Positions 1 to 9,402 of a DNA stretch of 64,000 bases are shown here, piece by piece. Position 1 is the stretch's first letter. Each line of letters starts with the position of its first letter. Under the pieces are notes generated by a model. That model saw only the letters and a program-made list of their open reading frames with translations. It ran no database searches and was not told the origin of the DNA. The position numbers and the translations under genes were made by a program. The stretch comes from a virus (Duplodnaviria > Caudoviricetes), in IMG/VR virus record IMGVR_UViG_3300027974_001530; one strand, 5' to 3'.

Positions 1-228
1 ATCTTTTTGATCTCTTTCAATTAATACTTTTGATATCCAATTAAAATATTTTTTGGTTGGGGATGGGTCTAAATTATAAGCATCTTTTATAATATCATTA
101 TATGTGTCATTATATTTTTTTTCATAATATTTAAGTAAATCGTCAAGTTTACTTTCAGATAAAATGGTTTTATTTGATAAGAAATTTGTTAAACCATTAA
201 TTCTTTTTATCTCTTCTCTTAAATTCAT
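1..228 (-). CDS. 5' part of a hypothetical protein running off the left edge (MNLREEIKRINGL...DPSPTKKYFNW)
   Basis: Manual translation from ATG at 228, open to base 1; LxEEIxRI leader; TATTTAT motif at 233-239. Confidence 0.75.
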   Translation of the reverse strand, partial: MNLREEIKRINGLTNFLSNKTILSESKLDDLLKYYEKKYNDTYNDIIKDAYNLDPSPTKKYFNWISKVLIERDQKD

Positions 229-248
229 ATTAATAAATATCCCTTATA

Positions 249-641
249 CTAATAATTGTATTCATCATCATCATCGTCTTCTTCATCCCAAGTGATAGGC
301 TCATCATCGTCTTCAATAGTACCTAAATTACTACCTGATTCAACCCAAACTTCAAAAGGTGTTGAAAGTCCACAATTTTCAACATACTGAATAAAAAATT
401 CTTCCAAATATGAATCGTCTTTAAAAATTCTAGATATTTGGTCATAGATTTCTTTTTGTACCGATAATGATTTATCTGGTTTAACTATTAAAAATATAAC
501 AGTGTTTCCCGGAGTTGCAAGATATTCCATTCCATAACGTTTGTTTTCCCAAGGTCTTAAATCCAACCTTGAGAGGAATAGTTTTGCGATCTCTTGTTTA
601 TCTATAGTTTCTTTTAATATATGTCTAATATTTTCTTTCAT
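249..641 (-). CDS. hypothetical protein, MKENIRHILKE leader, acidic C-terminus
   Basis: ORF track; packed operon context. Confidence 0.8.
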   Translation of the reverse strand: MKENIRHILKETIDKQEIAKLFLSRLDLRPWENKRYGMEYLATPGNTVIFLIVKPDKSLSVQKEIYDQISRIFKDDSYLEEFFIQYVENCGLSTPFEVWVESGSNLGTIEDDDEPITWDEEDDDDDEYNY

Positions 642-645
642 AGTC

Positions 646-1143
646 TTACATATTTAATAATTCTGCACTAAACCCATTAAAAAAATTTAATTTAATTTCT
701 TTAAAATATCTTCTAAAATACTCATCCACAATTTCACTAACTTCATTTTTTATTTGCCAATATTCTTCAAAATCTTGCATTTCTTTACTTAAAAGATCAT
801 AAGTTTTATCTGTTGTCATAATTAAAGTTACCTTACCATATAAAACATCAAAATTAACTTCTAAAAAATCATCTTCATCATAATTATTAATTTCCCTAAC
901 TTTAAAAGTAAAATCATATCCACCAACTTGTATTTTAAATTCTAACTTTCTAACGTCAATTTCTTTACCTATAAACTCTTTTTTTAAAAGATCTATTTCT
1001 GACATTTTAACTATTTTAGAAACGTTTTTGATTCCTCCAACTTTTCTACAAACCATTAACAATCCTTCATTATTAATCATTTTTAAAAATTGATCACCTA
1101 AATTTAATTCTTCTTTTAAAATATTTCTTATTAGATTTTTCAT
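646..1143 (-). CDS. hypothetical protein, MKNLIRNILKEE leader
   Basis: ORF track; 4-bp overlap with the upstream gene. Confidence 0.8.
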   Translation of the reverse strand: MKNLIRNILKEELNLGDQFLKMINNEGLLMVCRKVGGIKNVSKIVKMSEIDLLKKEFIGKEIDVRKLEFKIQVGGYDFTFKVREINNYDEDDFLEVNFDVLYGKVTLIMTTDKTYDLLSKEMQDFEEYWQIKNEVSEIVDEYFRRYFKEIKLNFFNGFSAELLNM

Positions 1144-2009
1144 CCCTCTGTAATCTCTATATAATTGAAATGTTTATCTATATTAAAACCAAAGGATTCA
1201 ATAACATTATGAACAAACTGTTCAACCAATCCTACAATACCTTCTTTAAATTCATGATAAGAATAAAAATCATCAAATGGATTATTACCTGTTGAAAAAT
1301 TTATGTCTTGTCCTGATTCTGGATCATAAAATGTACCTTCTAATACAATAAAATTGGCGTCTAAATCTATATAATTTTTAGTTGGGTTTAATAGGTTTTC
1401 TTCATCCTCTTCACTAAATTCAACTTTATCAAATTTAATAGTTAGTTTACCATCAAAAAAATCACCCATGACTTGTATCATTTCTCTTTCAGTAAATGTA
1501 TTATCCATTAGGTATTTAGTTATTATTTCAGTTCTACTATTACCATCATAACCCATATATTCCATAAAAAATAGAATTATCTCATTTTTTTTTGAACCCA
1601 ATCCAAGTTTACTTATATCATATATGTTTGGTATTTTACCTTGTTTTTTTTCTTGGTCCCATTTATTGAAAAAGAATTTTTTAAGTTGGTCTATATTATT
1701 AGACTCCTGTATTTGATTTTTTCCTGTTTTTCTAAAATTATAATAATATGCCTTTAATAAAGGATCATAAATCTCAATCATATATACTATATACCCATCA
1801 ACTTCATTTGTTGGTAACTCATCTATATTGATATTGTATTTGTAAAAAATGTAATTTTCTAATGTTGCTTTAACTAATCTCCATTTAAACTCCTCAAGAG
1901 ATTCGGATTCATAAAAAATATAACTAGTTCCTTTCCTCATCATTTTTTCAAATTTATGATGATCAATTCTTCTCACAAAAAAAGGCGAAATATTATGATT
2001 GTTATCCAT
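1140..2009 (-). CDS. two-part hypothetical protein; second half paralogous to 8152..8718
   Basis: Start moved to MDNNHN (TATTTAT at 2017-2023); LKKFFFNKWDQEKKQGKIP vs LKKYFWDIWTNEVNSGKIP. Confidence 0.75.
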   Translation of the reverse strand: MDNNHNISPFFVRRIDHHKFEKMMRKGTSYIFYESESLEEFKWRLVKATLENYIFYKYNINIDELPTNEVDGYIVYMIEIYDPLLKAYYYNFRKTGKNQIQESNNIDQLKKFFFNKWDQEKKQGKIPNIYDISKLGLGSKKNEIILFFMEYMGYDGNSRTEIITKYLMDNTFTEREMIQVMGDFFDGKLTIKFDKVEFSEEDEENLLNPTKNYIDLDANFIVLEGTFYDPESGQDINFSTGNNPFDDFYSYHEFKEGIVGLVEQFVHNVIESFGFNIDKHFNYIEITEG

Positions 2010-2182
2010 ATAGTATATAAATACCTTAATGAATATATTTGTCACTGTGTTTTACTCATAAATCTTTTTAATCAACTAACATGGTAAAAGAATGTAAAAA
2101 AGGTAAAAACCCATCTTAAAGTGGATTTTTTTATTGTGATTATCCTATTGAATCTAACTTATAAAATATCTAATTTTAATTT

Positions 2183-2521
2183 ATGGATGACGTTACAAAA
2201 TATTTCCCAATATTTGATAAATTTTTAAATGAAATGTCGTATGGGTCTATATCCAATGTTGAGTTTATTAATGTAGAAAAGTTCTTTGACCGTACTGTTT
2301 TTATTGCCGAAACAAAGTTTGGTGAAGAGTTTGTGGTTAACCAAAGACGTATTAATTGTAAAATGGTTATTGGTGTTAATACATATAATTACCGTTGGTC
2401 TTACAATAAAAGTTTATTAGAAAAACAATTTGTTTCGATGTTTAAAAGACAATTTAAAAGTATAGACTTTGATTATTGTCAGGTCGTTATTGAATCTGCT
2501 AATATGATTTCAAGTTATTAA
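2183..2521 (+). CDS. hypothetical protein
   Basis: ORF track; fills the gap between minus-strand genes. Confidence 0.65.
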   Translation: MDDVTKYFPIFDKFLNEMSYGSISNVEFINVEKFFDRTVFIAETKFGEEFVVNQRRINCKMVIGVNTYNYRWSYNKSLLEKQFVSMFKRQFKSIDFDYCQVVIESANMISSY

Positions 2522-2972
2522 CAAATCTTTTTATTTCACGATTTGATATAAATTCCTCAGTGTCTTTTTTTACTTGTTCTTGATCACATTCGTTATTATC
2601 AAAGAACAAGTTAGGTATCCCATTACTTTCACCTTCTTTAATTGTTAGTTCTATAAAATCAGGAAGATATTTTACTGCTTCTGATTCATATTTTTCTATT
2701 TTATTAATTACGTCATCATAATCATGTACTCCTTTTGAATCGATATAATGGTCCCCTATTTTTATGTAAACGTGTATTAAATGATATTCAATAACTTCAT
2801 TTGTGTCCAAGACTAATTCTTCGGCAATAACCAAATAATAAGTTATATCTTTATTGGGTAATAGTTTTTGCAATTTTTCTTTAACATTCATTGCAAAATA
2901 ATGACAAAAACCAAACTGATAATCGTAAAAATTCCGATTTTCTCTTAAAATTTTTACAATTAAGTTTTTCAT
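2499..2972 (-). CDS. hypothetical protein, MKNLIVKILREN leader (CHYFA / HVY / DSKG motifs)
   Basis: ORF track. Confidence 0.8.
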   Translation of the reverse strand: MKNLIVKILRENRNFYDYQFGFCHYFAMNVKEKLQKLLPNKDITYYLVIAEELVLDTNEVIEYHLIHVYIKIGDHYIDSKGVHDYDDVINKIEKYESEAVKYLPDFIELTIKEGESNGIPNLFFDNNECDQEQVKKDTEEFISNREIKRFVNNLKSY

Positions 2973-3691
2973 AACTTGGAATCTATTTCTCTCCCTATTG
3001 TTTCGTATATTTTTAAATTACCGTGTGGATCTGAAACTTTACCAATTGGCGTATTTATAATTTTTGCTCCTTGGTTTTTGAATACGTTATAATACCTCTC
3101 AACATTTGATTCTTTAGTATCTTTGTTTCCTCCCCATCCCCAAGATCCCTGAACAACGTAAAAATTGGCCTTAGGGAAAGTTTTTTCTAAGTTGTCAAAC
3201 AACCCACTGATGTCGTCATTGGTGTTGAATCCTCCGTTGGTACCAATACTTATGATCACATTTTTAACGGTGTCATCCGTCTCATATTTTTTAACTGCAT
3301 TTTTTAACCAACTTACACCTATTCCACCTAACCATAAAGACTCTTCGCTACCTTTAGTTGATATTCTACTTGCCTTATCGGTCTTATTATCAATGTATGG
3401 AACCTGTGAGTCACCAATTATAATGTTTTTATTTTCTATTTTAGAGTTTTCAGACGAAAATGATTTCTTTTCTACTTCTTTTTTTATTTCTTTTTCAACC
3501 TCATCTTTGGTGGGTTCTTTTCCTTTAAACTTACTCATTATTTTTTTAAGAATATACCCCACCGCGGCACCTCCCAAAACATATTTACCTATTGTACCTA
3601 AAATACTAAATAAACCTTCATTAATTGGTTGATTTTTTAACTTGTTATTAACAAGTTTTTTAAATTGTTCTTCTGTTATTTTTATTTTCAT
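2969..3691 (-). CDS. SGNH/GDSL-like hydrolase with MKIKITEEQ leader
   Basis: IIIGDSQ (block I), VIISIGTNG (block III), DPH (block V-like). Confidence 0.65.
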   Translation of the reverse strand: MKIKITEEQFKKLVNNKLKNQPINEGLFSILGTIGKYVLGGAAVGYILKKIMSKFKGKEPTKDEVEKEIKKEVEKKSFSSENSKIENKNIIIGDSQVPYIDNKTDKASRISTKGSEESLWLGGIGVSWLKNAVKKYETDDTVKNVIISIGTNGGFNTNDDISGLFDNLEKTFPKANFYVVQGSWGWGGNKDTKESNVERYYNVFKNQGAKIINTPIGKVSDPHGNLKIYETIGREIDSKL

Positions 3692-3709
3692 TTTTTTATT
3701 TAATAAATA

Positions 3710-3741
3710 TTTGGTTAATCTTTTTAAATACTTTATTTTTG
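3710..3741 (+). promoter_or_regulatory. Bacteroidota-type sigma-70 promoter
   Basis: TTTG at 3710-3713, 20-nt spacer, TATTTTTG at 3734-3741. Confidence 0.65.
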
Positions 3742-3755
3742 TATAAAATATAATT

Positions 3756-3884
3756 ATGAAAAAAAATTCTTGGTCTTTTATTTTTACAATCTGTGAGATG
3801 TTAATAATGTTTTTACTATCAATGGGATTGACCGCTGCGTTGTATTCTATTTTTTTTATTGTTTATGTTTTTTTGATTAAATAA
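3756..3884 (+). CDS. 42-aa hydrophobic microprotein (MKKNSWSFIFTICEMLIMFLL...)
   Basis: Manual translation; preceded by a consensus TTTG-N20-TATTTTTG promoter. Confidence 0.55.
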   Translation: MKKNSWSFIFTICEMLIMFLLSMGLTAALYSIFFIVYVFLIK

Positions 3885-3904
3885 AAATTAGTGACCAAAA
3901 TATT

Positions 3905-6349
3905 TTAATATTTAATTCCGTCATAAATTAAAGAATTCTTCTCAACTGTTGTTGGTCCTGGTGTGTTCCTAAACATTGGTTCGTTATAATTAATTTGATT
4001 GGTGGTTTTATCTAACCTACCTTGAGGTGGAAAAATAATAATATTATTTTTTGAGTCAACTACTGCTGCCAATCCACTATTTAATGGTATACCTGGTGAC
4101 CTAAAATTAATAACTTTATTACCTGTTATGGGTGATACTTCATTTTTGAAAAAATTATAATAAGAGTCTTCGGATATTGATTTAACTGAAACAACGTCAA
4201 CTTTACCGTTTGGTGATTTAACAATCATATCAACACCAGCTTTATCTAAAGCATTACCTTTTCCTCCTCTCCATAAAACACTATACCCTAAATCCTCAAA
4301 TTTTTTTGCAATCAAATCTTCACCAAAATCTCCTCTTTTTGTATTCACAATAGAATTTTTTGTATATCTTTTTGTATTTTTAGAAATTTTTTCTTTCATT
4401 TTGGTTTTATTATTTTTCATGTAGTCCATAGTGTCTTTAAATAATTTTTCTATTTCTTTTTCATCTAAAAGTTGCATATCATTTATATTCTTTATTCGAT
4501 AATTACCTTCATTCAATTTATCTTGTAAAACATCTCTGAAAAATGTTTTTCTATCACCAGAATTTGTATTTAACATATTTATTGGTAACCATTCTTCATT
4601 TTCAGTAACATATTTATATTTTCCATTATCTAAGTTTTTAAAAAAGTTTTTTAATTCTGGAACTGATTCTATCGCATTTTTAATATCTTCCGTTACTCCG
4701 TTTGGAAAGGTATTGTCCACATCCGAAACTACTAATTTGACTTTTACACCATCTTCTAATTCGGATAAAATATCTTGGATTGTTTTTGTAAATTCTGTTC
4801 CATTATATCCTCGTAAATAATCACCGATTGATTTATTTAAATTATTTAATGAGGTTTCAGTTCTAAAAACATTATCAGTAAGATCAACTTCCTCACCTCG
4901 TAAATATTTTTCTACATCGTCAACTAAATTTTGTTGGAACTTTCCTAATTTTTTTTGGTTTTTTAAATATAGATAATTATTTGTTACTACTTCGCCTAAA
5001 TCCTCTAAACTTCTACTTTCACCGGGTAAATTTTTATTCATCATAGATAGATATTCTTCCATTGTACTTAATCCCATTTCAGATCTTTTAGCATTAAGTT
5101 TAGTTAAAAAATTAACATCATCTAATAATTTTTGTGGAGTTTCAAAAAAATAAAGTTTACCATCCATTTCTATTGGTCTAGGTATCCAATAATTACCATC
5201 AGAAGTAACACCCCCTTGTGATCCATATTTTTGTACTCCACTTGAAATTTCTGAAAAATTTAAATCTCCCGTTTTATTTACACTTATTCTGTCTTCCAAC
5301 ATTGCCATCCCTTTTTTAATTTTTAACTCTTGGTCAGGAAATTTATTTATAAAGTTTTCTTTATTTGTATCAAATAAGTTAAACATACTTTTTTGGAACT
5401 CTAAATCGTTGTCAGCATGTTGGGTTATTAACCAAATTGCTTCAATGTCTTCAATTTTATCTATACTTGATATAAAATTTTGTGGGTCGTCCCCCATTAT
5501 TTTTTTTAATTGTTCTTGATTTTTTATATCAACAGTTATGTCAAAAATTTCACTTTGTCTCATTGTTTGATCTAACTCAATCATTTTTGATAAATCTTGA
5601 CTATTTTTTTTAGGATTAACTATATCGTTTATTTGATTAACAACATTATTGTCTATTTTGTTTGCAAAATCTAATTCTTCATTTTTAATTTTTAATAAAT
5701 GTTCGTCAGGGCTTGTTTTTTTTAAAATATCATCACTTATTTTTTTTAAATAATCGTAAAGACCATCTGTTTTATTTTTATAATTAAGTTTTAAATTTTC
5801 TAAATTGACATTAAAAATGCCCCACAACTCGTCTTGACCTCCAAATATATCTGATTTCTCAACTCCACCTTTTTGTTCAATGTTAGATAACACATCAAAT
5901 ACCGTCAAATTTCCTCCTGTATTTGGTTTTGTGTTTTTTAAAAATTTTTGTACATCTGCGGATGTTTTTATAAGATTAGACCCTATTTTTGCACTTTTTT
6001 CTGATAATTCTTTTGCTAATAATCTTTCGGTTTTGGCTAAAACTGATTTTATTGTGTCTGTTCCTCCGTTCTTTAAAAAGTTTTTTAAACTTGCTATTGT
6101 TACCGCATCAGTTAAATTACCAGTAATTTTACCGTCCGAAGAATTAATTAAAGCCCTAAGTAAATTTTGATCCTCTTCTGATAAATTTTTAAAAAATACG
6201 GTTGCCTCATCATCTGATAATTTTAAAAGACTAATTAAAAGTTCTTGTAATCTTGGTCCTCCTGAAGAAGATAAAGATTCATTTAAAACCTCAGATTTAA
6301 TTCCCATTAACTCACGTATCCTACTTATTTCCGTTAAAAGTTTACTCAT
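3905..6349 (-). CDS. 814-aa multidomain protein: leader, DUF6624-like module, C-terminal PD-(D/E)XK-like nuclease
   Basis: AIWLITQHAD...LEDRI...QKYGSQ; RGDFGEDLIAKKF...GY...AGVDMIV...VSVK. Confidence 0.65.
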   Translation of the reverse strand: MSKLLTEISRIRELMGIKSEVLNESLSSSGGPRLQELLISLLKLSDDEATVFFKNLSEEDQNLLRALINSSDGKITGNLTDAVTIASLKNFLKNGGTDTIKSVLAKTERLLAKELSEKSAKIGSNLIKTSADVQKFLKNTKPNTGGNLTVFDVLSNIEQKGGVEKSDIFGGQDELWGIFNVNLENLKLNYKNKTDGLYDYLKKISDDILKKTSPDEHLLKIKNEELDFANKIDNNVVNQINDIVNPKKNSQDLSKMIELDQTMRQSEIFDITVDIKNQEQLKKIMGDDPQNFISSIDKIEDIEAIWLITQHADNDLEFQKSMFNLFDTNKENFINKFPDQELKIKKGMAMLEDRISVNKTGDLNFSEISSGVQKYGSQGGVTSDGNYWIPRPIEMDGKLYFFETPQKLLDDVNFLTKLNAKRSEMGLSTMEEYLSMMNKNLPGESRSLEDLGEVVTNNYLYLKNQKKLGKFQQNLVDDVEKYLRGEEVDLTDNVFRTETSLNNLNKSIGDYLRGYNGTEFTKTIQDILSELEDGVKVKLVVSDVDNTFPNGVTEDIKNAIESVPELKNFFKNLDNGKYKYVTENEEWLPINMLNTNSGDRKTFFRDVLQDKLNEGNYRIKNINDMQLLDEKEIEKLFKDTMDYMKNNKTKMKEKISKNTKRYTKNSIVNTKRGDFGEDLIAKKFEDLGYSVLWRGGKGNALDKAGVDMIVKSPNGKVDVVSVKSISEDSYYNFFKNEVSPITGNKVINFRSPGIPLNSGLAAVVDSKNNIIIFPPQGRLDKTTNQINYNEPMFRNTPGPTTVEKNSLIYDGIKY

Positions 6350-6536
6350 AACTTTCCCAAAATTTTAATAATTCTTTGTCTTTATATCTTTTTACTTTTT
6401 GATCCCAACCACATATATAACAGATAAAAGGATGATCATCATTTTTTTTCATTTTCCATGAATGATCACACTTTTTACAAACTATGTTATCTCCAAATAA
6501 TTTATCTGACTGTCTTTCTGTAATTATAATTTTCAT
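6342..6536 (-). CDS. small zinc-ribbon protein, MKIIITERQ leader
   Basis: CKKC...CYIC. Confidence 0.75.
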   Translation of the reverse strand: MKIIITERQSDKLFGDNIVCKKCDHSWKMKKNDDHPFICYICGWDQKVKRYKDKELLKFWESYE

Positions 6537-7033
6537 CTTTTTAAAGTGTTAATTATTTCTTCTTGGAAGAAGTTTTGAATTTCAGATTCACTGTCTTCAC
6601 TTTTTAATGTGTCTTGTAATCTTACGTCATCATCATTTAATACACTATAAAAATCATAGTCAGTTAAATACCCTCTTTTATCTGTAACAATAACTCCAAG
6701 AAACTCATCTCCATTGAATGTTATTTCTCCATAATATTCTACCTCATCACCTTTATTAATTTCTTCGGAGAATTCAAATCTAAATGGTCTACCTTTTAGA
6801 TTATATTTAAATCTCATTCCCTCTCTTTCATCAACCTTGTGAACATCTTCAATATCAAATATGAAATCTTCTGGATTACCTCCTCTTTCCGTAAAACTTT
6901 TAAAGGCTCTCAATATATCTTTTTCTGATGGTTTTAAATCTTCACCTTTATTCATTTTTGAATATAGGTCAAGTACCTGATCAAGATTTTCTTTTAGGTA
7001 ATTAAACTGTGATTCTGTAAGAATTATTTTCAT
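6533..7033 (-). CDS. hypothetical protein, MKIILTESQ leader
   Basis: ORF track. Confidence 0.8.
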   Translation of the reverse strand: MKIILTESQFNYLKENLDQVLDLYSKMNKGEDLKPSEKDILRAFKSFTERGGNPEDFIFDIEDVHKVDEREGMRFKYNLKGRPFRFEFSEEINKGDEVEYYGEITFNGDEFLGVIVTDKRGYLTDYDFYSVLNDDDVRLQDTLKSEDSESEIQNFFQEEIINTLKR

Positions 7034-7037
7034 TTTT

Positions 7038-7724
7038 TTATTTAAAATCGTCTCTTGTGATTATTTTTTCCATTCCAGAATCATACCATTCTCTTGATGA
7101 CCAAATGTGTGAACTACTAATAAATCCATTATTACTTATTTGTAATGTCCCTGTTGATCCATCATCAATTTCCCATCCACCATATTCCGATTCTAAGTAA
7201 TCATATGCCATGTTTATAATAGACATAGTTTTCTCATTACGTTCCCAAGTGTGAATATTCTCTTCTTTACCATCAACAGACACTGAATTTATTTGCCCAC
7301 TATCACCACCACCATCATATGAAAAATTAATAATTGATATTTTTTTTTCATTCATATATTTTATTGTATCTGAAGTTTCAATAGGAAATTTACGTTCATT
7401 ATATATATCCTGATCAACATATTCTTCAACAGAAACTCTTAATTCAAGTGTTTTATTTTTTGGTCTAAATATTGCCACTAACTGATACCCTTCAGTTTCA
7501 CTATATGCGTTATCTAATAAATTGTCAGTTGCAAATTCTTCAATAATACTAACAATAATATTCATTATAGATGACGGTATTTTTTTTCTACCTAAATCAT
7601 TACTTCCATATTCCCAATCTACATTTTCAATACCTGCCTCCCACATTGTCCATTCAAATCTTATCTCATTTTGTTCATAAGATGATAAAAAGTTCATAAT
7701 ATTATCAAAAATTCTTTTTTCCAT
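7038..7724 (-). CDS. DUF6878-like protein
   Basis: FSYDGGGDSGQI...GGWEIDDGSTG; adjacent to a DUF6915-like gene. Confidence 0.65.
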   Translation of the reverse strand: MEKRIFDNIMNFLSSYEQNEIRFEWTMWEAGIENVDWEYGSNDLGRKKIPSSIMNIIVSIIEEFATDNLLDNAYSETEGYQLVAIFRPKNKTLELRVSVEEYVDQDIYNERKFPIETSDTIKYMNEKKISIINFSYDGGGDSGQINSVSVDGKEENIHTWERNEKTMSIINMAYDYLESEYGGWEIDDGSTGTLQISNNGFISSSHIWSSREWYDSGMEKIITRDDFK

Positions 7725-7736
7725 AGTTATAAATAT

Positions 7737-8090
7737 CTAATCATCAAATTTAAGATCCAAAGTTCTAATCATCCACATTGGTTTTTCTTTTTCTTGTAAT
7801 GCTTTTATCCATTCTTTCGCAGATGGTACGTGATTAAAGCAGTCTTCTTTAACATGATCCTCACCAACATATCTGGTATAAACCGTTTTTCCATCACTGT
7901 TTTGAAATGATGGTCCGAACACTTTTTCACATTCAAATATACCCTCACTATGGTGTCTAAACACCCTATGATATGAGTGCCCAATCCATGCTTTTGTTTC
8001 ATCAAACCATTCATGTATCTTTATGTAATCTTCAACTTTTCCTCCATATTTTTTAACAGAACTTTTTGCGTGTATTTGTGGGTGTGCCAT
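7737..8090 (-). CDS. DUF6915-like His-rich protein
   Basis: MAHPQIHAKSSVKKYGG..DY..IHEWFDETK...HRVFRHHSEG...GEDHVKED. Confidence 0.8.
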   Translation of the reverse strand: MAHPQIHAKSSVKKYGGKVEDYIKIHEWFDETKAWIGHSYHRVFRHHSEGIFECEKVFGPSFQNSDGKTVYTRYVGEDHVKEDCFNHVPSAKEWIKALQEKEKPMWMIRTLDLKFDD

Positions 8091-8151
8091 AATTTTTACT
8101 TTTTAATAAATATAGTTTTTTACTTCATGTTTTTGTAGTATTTATTTAAAT

Positions 8152-8718
8152 ATGAAAGATCTTGTTAGGACTATACTTAGAGAAAATTCTCATTTAGAAA
8201 CGTTAAAAAAATATTTTTGGGATATTTGGACTAACGAAGTAAATTCAGGTAAAATACCTAAAATAGGTTACGTAGATATTCGTAGAAAAAACCTATCTAA
8301 ATATATTAAACAAATAGATAAGTGGTATAATGAATTTGTTGGTGGTAGTGATGAGTCTTTTAAATTATTTGATCGTTACATGACAAATTTAACTGTTACG
8401 GATGTTGACATGCGAAAAGCGAATCAACCTATTAACCCTGAAGACAAATTTGAAATTTTGATTACTCGTATTTTTAATAAATCTTATGACGAAAACATTG
8501 TAAAACAAACTTTAGATTTTGGTTTTATGATTAAAGATGCGACATTATTAACTGATGAAGGTAGATTGACTTGGGATGAACTTTGGGACGAAAAGTACGA
8601 TGATCTCTGGAATGATATTGAGAATTGGTTAAGAGGAGAACTTGAGGGTTATGTTCACACGATTCAATTAGATTTTGGTTTAGACTACCTATATATTGAT
8701 TCCCAATGGGATGATTAA
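8152..8718 (+). CDS. hypothetical protein, MKDLVRTILREN leader; paralog of the 1140..2009 C-half
   Basis: ORF track; TATTTAT at 8139-8145. Confidence 0.8.
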   Translation: MKDLVRTILRENSHLETLKKYFWDIWTNEVNSGKIPKIGYVDIRRKNLSKYIKQIDKWYNEFVGGSDESFKLFDRYMTNLTVTDVDMRKANQPINPEDKFEILITRIFNKSYDENIVKQTLDFGFMIKDATLLTDEGRLTWDELWDEKYDDLWNDIENWLRGELEGYVHTIQLDFGLDYLYIDSQWDD

Positions 8719-8725
8719 AAAATAA

Positions 8726-8752
8726 AAAAGTCGAACTTTCATCCGACTTTAT
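8726..8752. terminator. hairpin terminator between convergent genes
   Basis: AAAGTCG-loop-CGACTTT flanked by A/T runs. Confidence 0.55.
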
Positions 8753-8756
8753 CTTT

Positions 8757-8987
8757 TTATTTCTTTATCATATGGTATTCCATCATTTCGGTTGCTTTAG
8801 CCACCGCTTGGTCTTTGGTTTTAAACCCACGTTCTTTAATATTTTTAGCGTGTATGATTTGATAAGTAGTTGAGGCAACTTCTTTGTTTTCTCCTCTTCC
8901 TGGTTTTTTTCTCATTGCATCTGCCGCGTAAACATCTAAAAAACCAACTTTACAAATGTAACGACCTTTTGTTGTGCCCTTTCCCAT
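8757..8987 (-). CDS. small basic hypothetical protein
   Basis: ORF track; TAnnTTTG at 9021-9028. Confidence 0.7.
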   Translation of the reverse strand: MGKGTTKGRYICKVGFLDVYAADAMRKKPGRGENKEVASTTYQIIHAKNIKERGFKTKDQAVAKATEMMEYHMIKK

Positions 8988-9033
8988 TTTTTTATTTTTT
9001 TGTTTTAATTAATACTTCTACAAATATAGTATT

Positions 9034-9402
9034 TTATTTTTGATCTGACAATATGAAATTTAAAAAATTTCTAATTGTTTTCATAAATTTTTGTCTTTCT
9101 GGGTTGTTGACATTATTTGAACCAAAAAACCAATCACCAACCATATCAGTTTCCTCAACTAACATTTCAACAATTTTAAGTTCCATTTGTTTTTTATTAT
9201 TAAAATTATTAAATCCAAATCCAGGAAATCCTTCAAATGAATATTCGGTAGATTTTAATGGTTCCATATCAACCCATTCTCTGCCAAACTCTCGTTCAAC
9301 AACTTTAATCCTTCTTAATAAAAAGTTTAATAATGAACGATCAATCTCCTCGTGTTGTGAGGAGATTTGATCCTTTTCATTTTCATTTATTATTATTTTC
9401 AT
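9034..9402 (-). CDS. hypothetical protein, MKIIINENE leader
   Basis: ORF track. Confidence 0.75.
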   Translation of the reverse strand: MKIIINENEKDQISSQHEEIDRSLLNFLLRRIKVVEREFGREWVDMEPLKSTEYSFEGFPGFGFNNFNNKKQMELKIVEMLVEETDMVGDWFFGSNNVNNPERQKFMKTIRNFLNFILSDQK

